From the IMG/VR virus record IMGVR_UViG_3300044711_000058, positions 1 to 46,813 of that record: DNA of 46,813 nt. One strand, given 5' to 3'. Shown one piece after another: positions 45,733 to 46,813 of the stretch. The notes under the pieces are model-generated. The model worked only from the letters and a program-made list of their open reading frames with translations. It searched no databases and was not told where the DNA came from. A program made the position numbers and the translations under genes. How positions within the stretch are numbered: position 1 is the first letter of the stretch; each line of letters starts with the position of its first letter. The DNA is from a virus (lineage: Duplodnaviria; Caudoviricetes).

Positions 45733-45954
45733 ATGTCCAACCCCAACTGCATGCGAATCAGACGAAAGGACGATGACGCGATCTCGGTGGAGATATCGAT
45801 CGATCCGAACGATGGCCTGGTGTGCGTCGTACCTCACGAAGCAGTGTCGTTCTTTCGGACTCCTGAGGAGAAGCTGCAGCTGGCAGAAGAGCTGGAGCGG
45901 ATGGCCGGGATGATCCGTCAAGGCGTGCCGCAACATGCGTTTAAGATCGGTTAG
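45733..45954 (+). CDS. Hypothetical protein
   Basis: GAGGAG upstream; last rightward gene. Confidence 0.55.
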   Translation: MSNPNCMRIRRKDDDAISVEISIDPNDGLVCVVPHEAVSFFRTPEEKLQLAEELERMAGMIRQGVPQHAFKIG

Positions 45955-46148
45955 CCCCTCCTCCTCCCCCCGCCCCTCCTCCTCCCCTCCCTCCACTGGG
46001 TACGACGCCGTTGAACCCGAGCCTCCCTATCCAACTCCGCCAACTCTCTGACATACTCGTGCATCCAGAGGAACTCGACATCCTCATGGGAGAGCTCCAG
46101 ACCCTTCCCTTTGCCGGCCGCACGTTCGATCCTTCCCCAGACGTTCAT
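45951..46148 (-). CDS. Hypothetical protein (cassette B gene 4), paralog of 9025-9207
   Basis: IERAAGKGKGLELSHEDV...RELA...ARVQRRRTQWR; GGAGG RBS. Confidence 0.7.
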   Translation of the reverse strand: MNVWGRIERAAGKGKGLELSHEDVEFLWMHEYVRELAELDREARVQRRRTQWREGRRRGGGRRRG

Positions 46149-46337
46149 TCATTCCTCCGGAAACGGCATCAGAGCCGCCGCGGCTAGTTCCAGGCGGTCT
46201 TGGAGGGTAGGAGACATGCCAGGCCAGCCAGCGAGCTGTGCGAGGGCTTTATCGGCCTCCCAACACAGCTTCGAGAGCTCCTCCGCCGCGGCGCGATCCA
46301 AAACCAGCGTTCCATCTTCAGTGTGCTGGTAAGCCAT
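46149..46337 (-). CDS. Hypothetical protein (cassette B gene 3)
   Basis: Starts MAYQH, TGATG coupling. Confidence 0.65.
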   Translation of the reverse strand: MAYQHTEDGTLVLDRAAAEELSKLCWEADKALAQLAGWPGMSPTLQDRLELAAAALMPFPEE

Positions 46338-46735
46338 CAGACCACCGCCTTCCGGCTGCGCTTCTTCGCCCGTGCCTTCTTCAGGTGGATGGCGGGATCG
46401 CTCCCCGCGGCGAGCTTCGTCTCGTACGCCTGCCGCGCCCCTCTCTTGCGGTTCTTCGTCGAGAGCTGGTCGTACTGCGCAGCGATGGCCTTCGCGACCG
46501 CCGGCGGGATCGCCAGCCGCACGTGTCCGTCTGCTGCGGCGTACCCGACGAGGATGGTATCCCCGACCTCGCGTTGGCGGTAGGTTTCGACGATCCACGT
46601 CTGGGACAGGGAGAGGACCGGCGTTAGGGTCCGAATGGTTGTAGGCCGCGTATGCACCGTGTCGGGCAAGCCGTCGAGATGCCTGACAACCCGGTCGAAC
46701 GCGTCTCCGAGAGCGCTACTGGTTTCTTCGTTCAC
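46337..46735 (-). CDS. Hypothetical protein with basic C-terminus (cassette B gene 2)
   Basis: GAGGAGG RBS, GTGA coupling, 132 aa. Confidence 0.75.
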   Translation of the reverse strand: MNEETSSALGDAFDRVVRHLDGLPDTVHTRPTTIRTLTPVLSLSQTWIVETYRQREVGDTILVGYAAADGHVRLAIPPAVAKAIAAQYDQLSTKNRKRGARQAYETKLAAGSDPAIHLKKARAKKRSRKAVV

Positions 46736-46813
46736 GATCCCACCTCCTCTACCCCAACACCGGCAGCAAACGCGGCCAGCTCTACCATCTGCGCCGGACT
46801 CGGGAGCGGCATG
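46732..46813 (-). repeat. Inverted repeat copy 2 (3' end of a second copy of gene 8278-8541), truncated by window end
   Basis: Exact reverse complement of 8460-8541. Confidence 0.97.

Larger units (their letters stand above)
1..46813. mobile_element. Tailed bacteriophage genome (podovirus-like), near complete
   Basis: Terminase-portal-scaffold-capsid-adaptor-nozzle-internal protein order, no tape measure, dense small coupled genes, no host housekeeping genes. Confidence 0.93.

Noticed and set aside
1-46813. Genome-wide TGA reassignment
   Set aside because: Many genes end in TGA with tight ATGA/GTGA coupling and long genes are intact under the standard code
1-46813. CRISPR array, DGR/retron, IS element or integrase
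   Set aside because: No regularly spaced repeat array and no RT, transposase or recombinase motifs seen

Overview
GC-rich, near-complete tailed-phage genome with podovirus-like (P22/T7-type) organisation. The rightward virion module (about 11.6-35.2 kb) has small and large terminase, portal, scaffold, major capsid, adaptor, tail nozzle, four internal/ejection-type proteins and candidate lysis membrane proteins. It is flanked by dense arrays of small genes: C5 DNA methyltransferase, replication initiator, XRE/RHH regulators, DUF1064 and HNH nucleases, GroES-like co-chaperonin, Lar, nucleotidyltransferase, PD-(D/E)XK exonuclease and many Cys-rich zinc-finger proteins. I could not recognise an integrase, endolysin, tRNA or CRISPR array. 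Most unusual items: (1) a ~410-nt multi-domain structured RNA with a loop-loop pairing at the early divergent switch (4940-5352); (2) two inverted, diverged four-gene cassettes (8278-9207 + and 45951-46813 -) sharing an exact 82-bp repeat that runs off the window end; (3) a zinc-finger paralog (34260-34461) interrupted by a prfB-type +1 slip site and an in-frame TGA aligning with Cys; (4) repeated same-strand nested genes with their own RBS inside long ORFs; (5) a glycosyltransferase and a zinc-metallopeptidase domain in the virion module. All calls are by eye from motifs and gene order; no searches were run.
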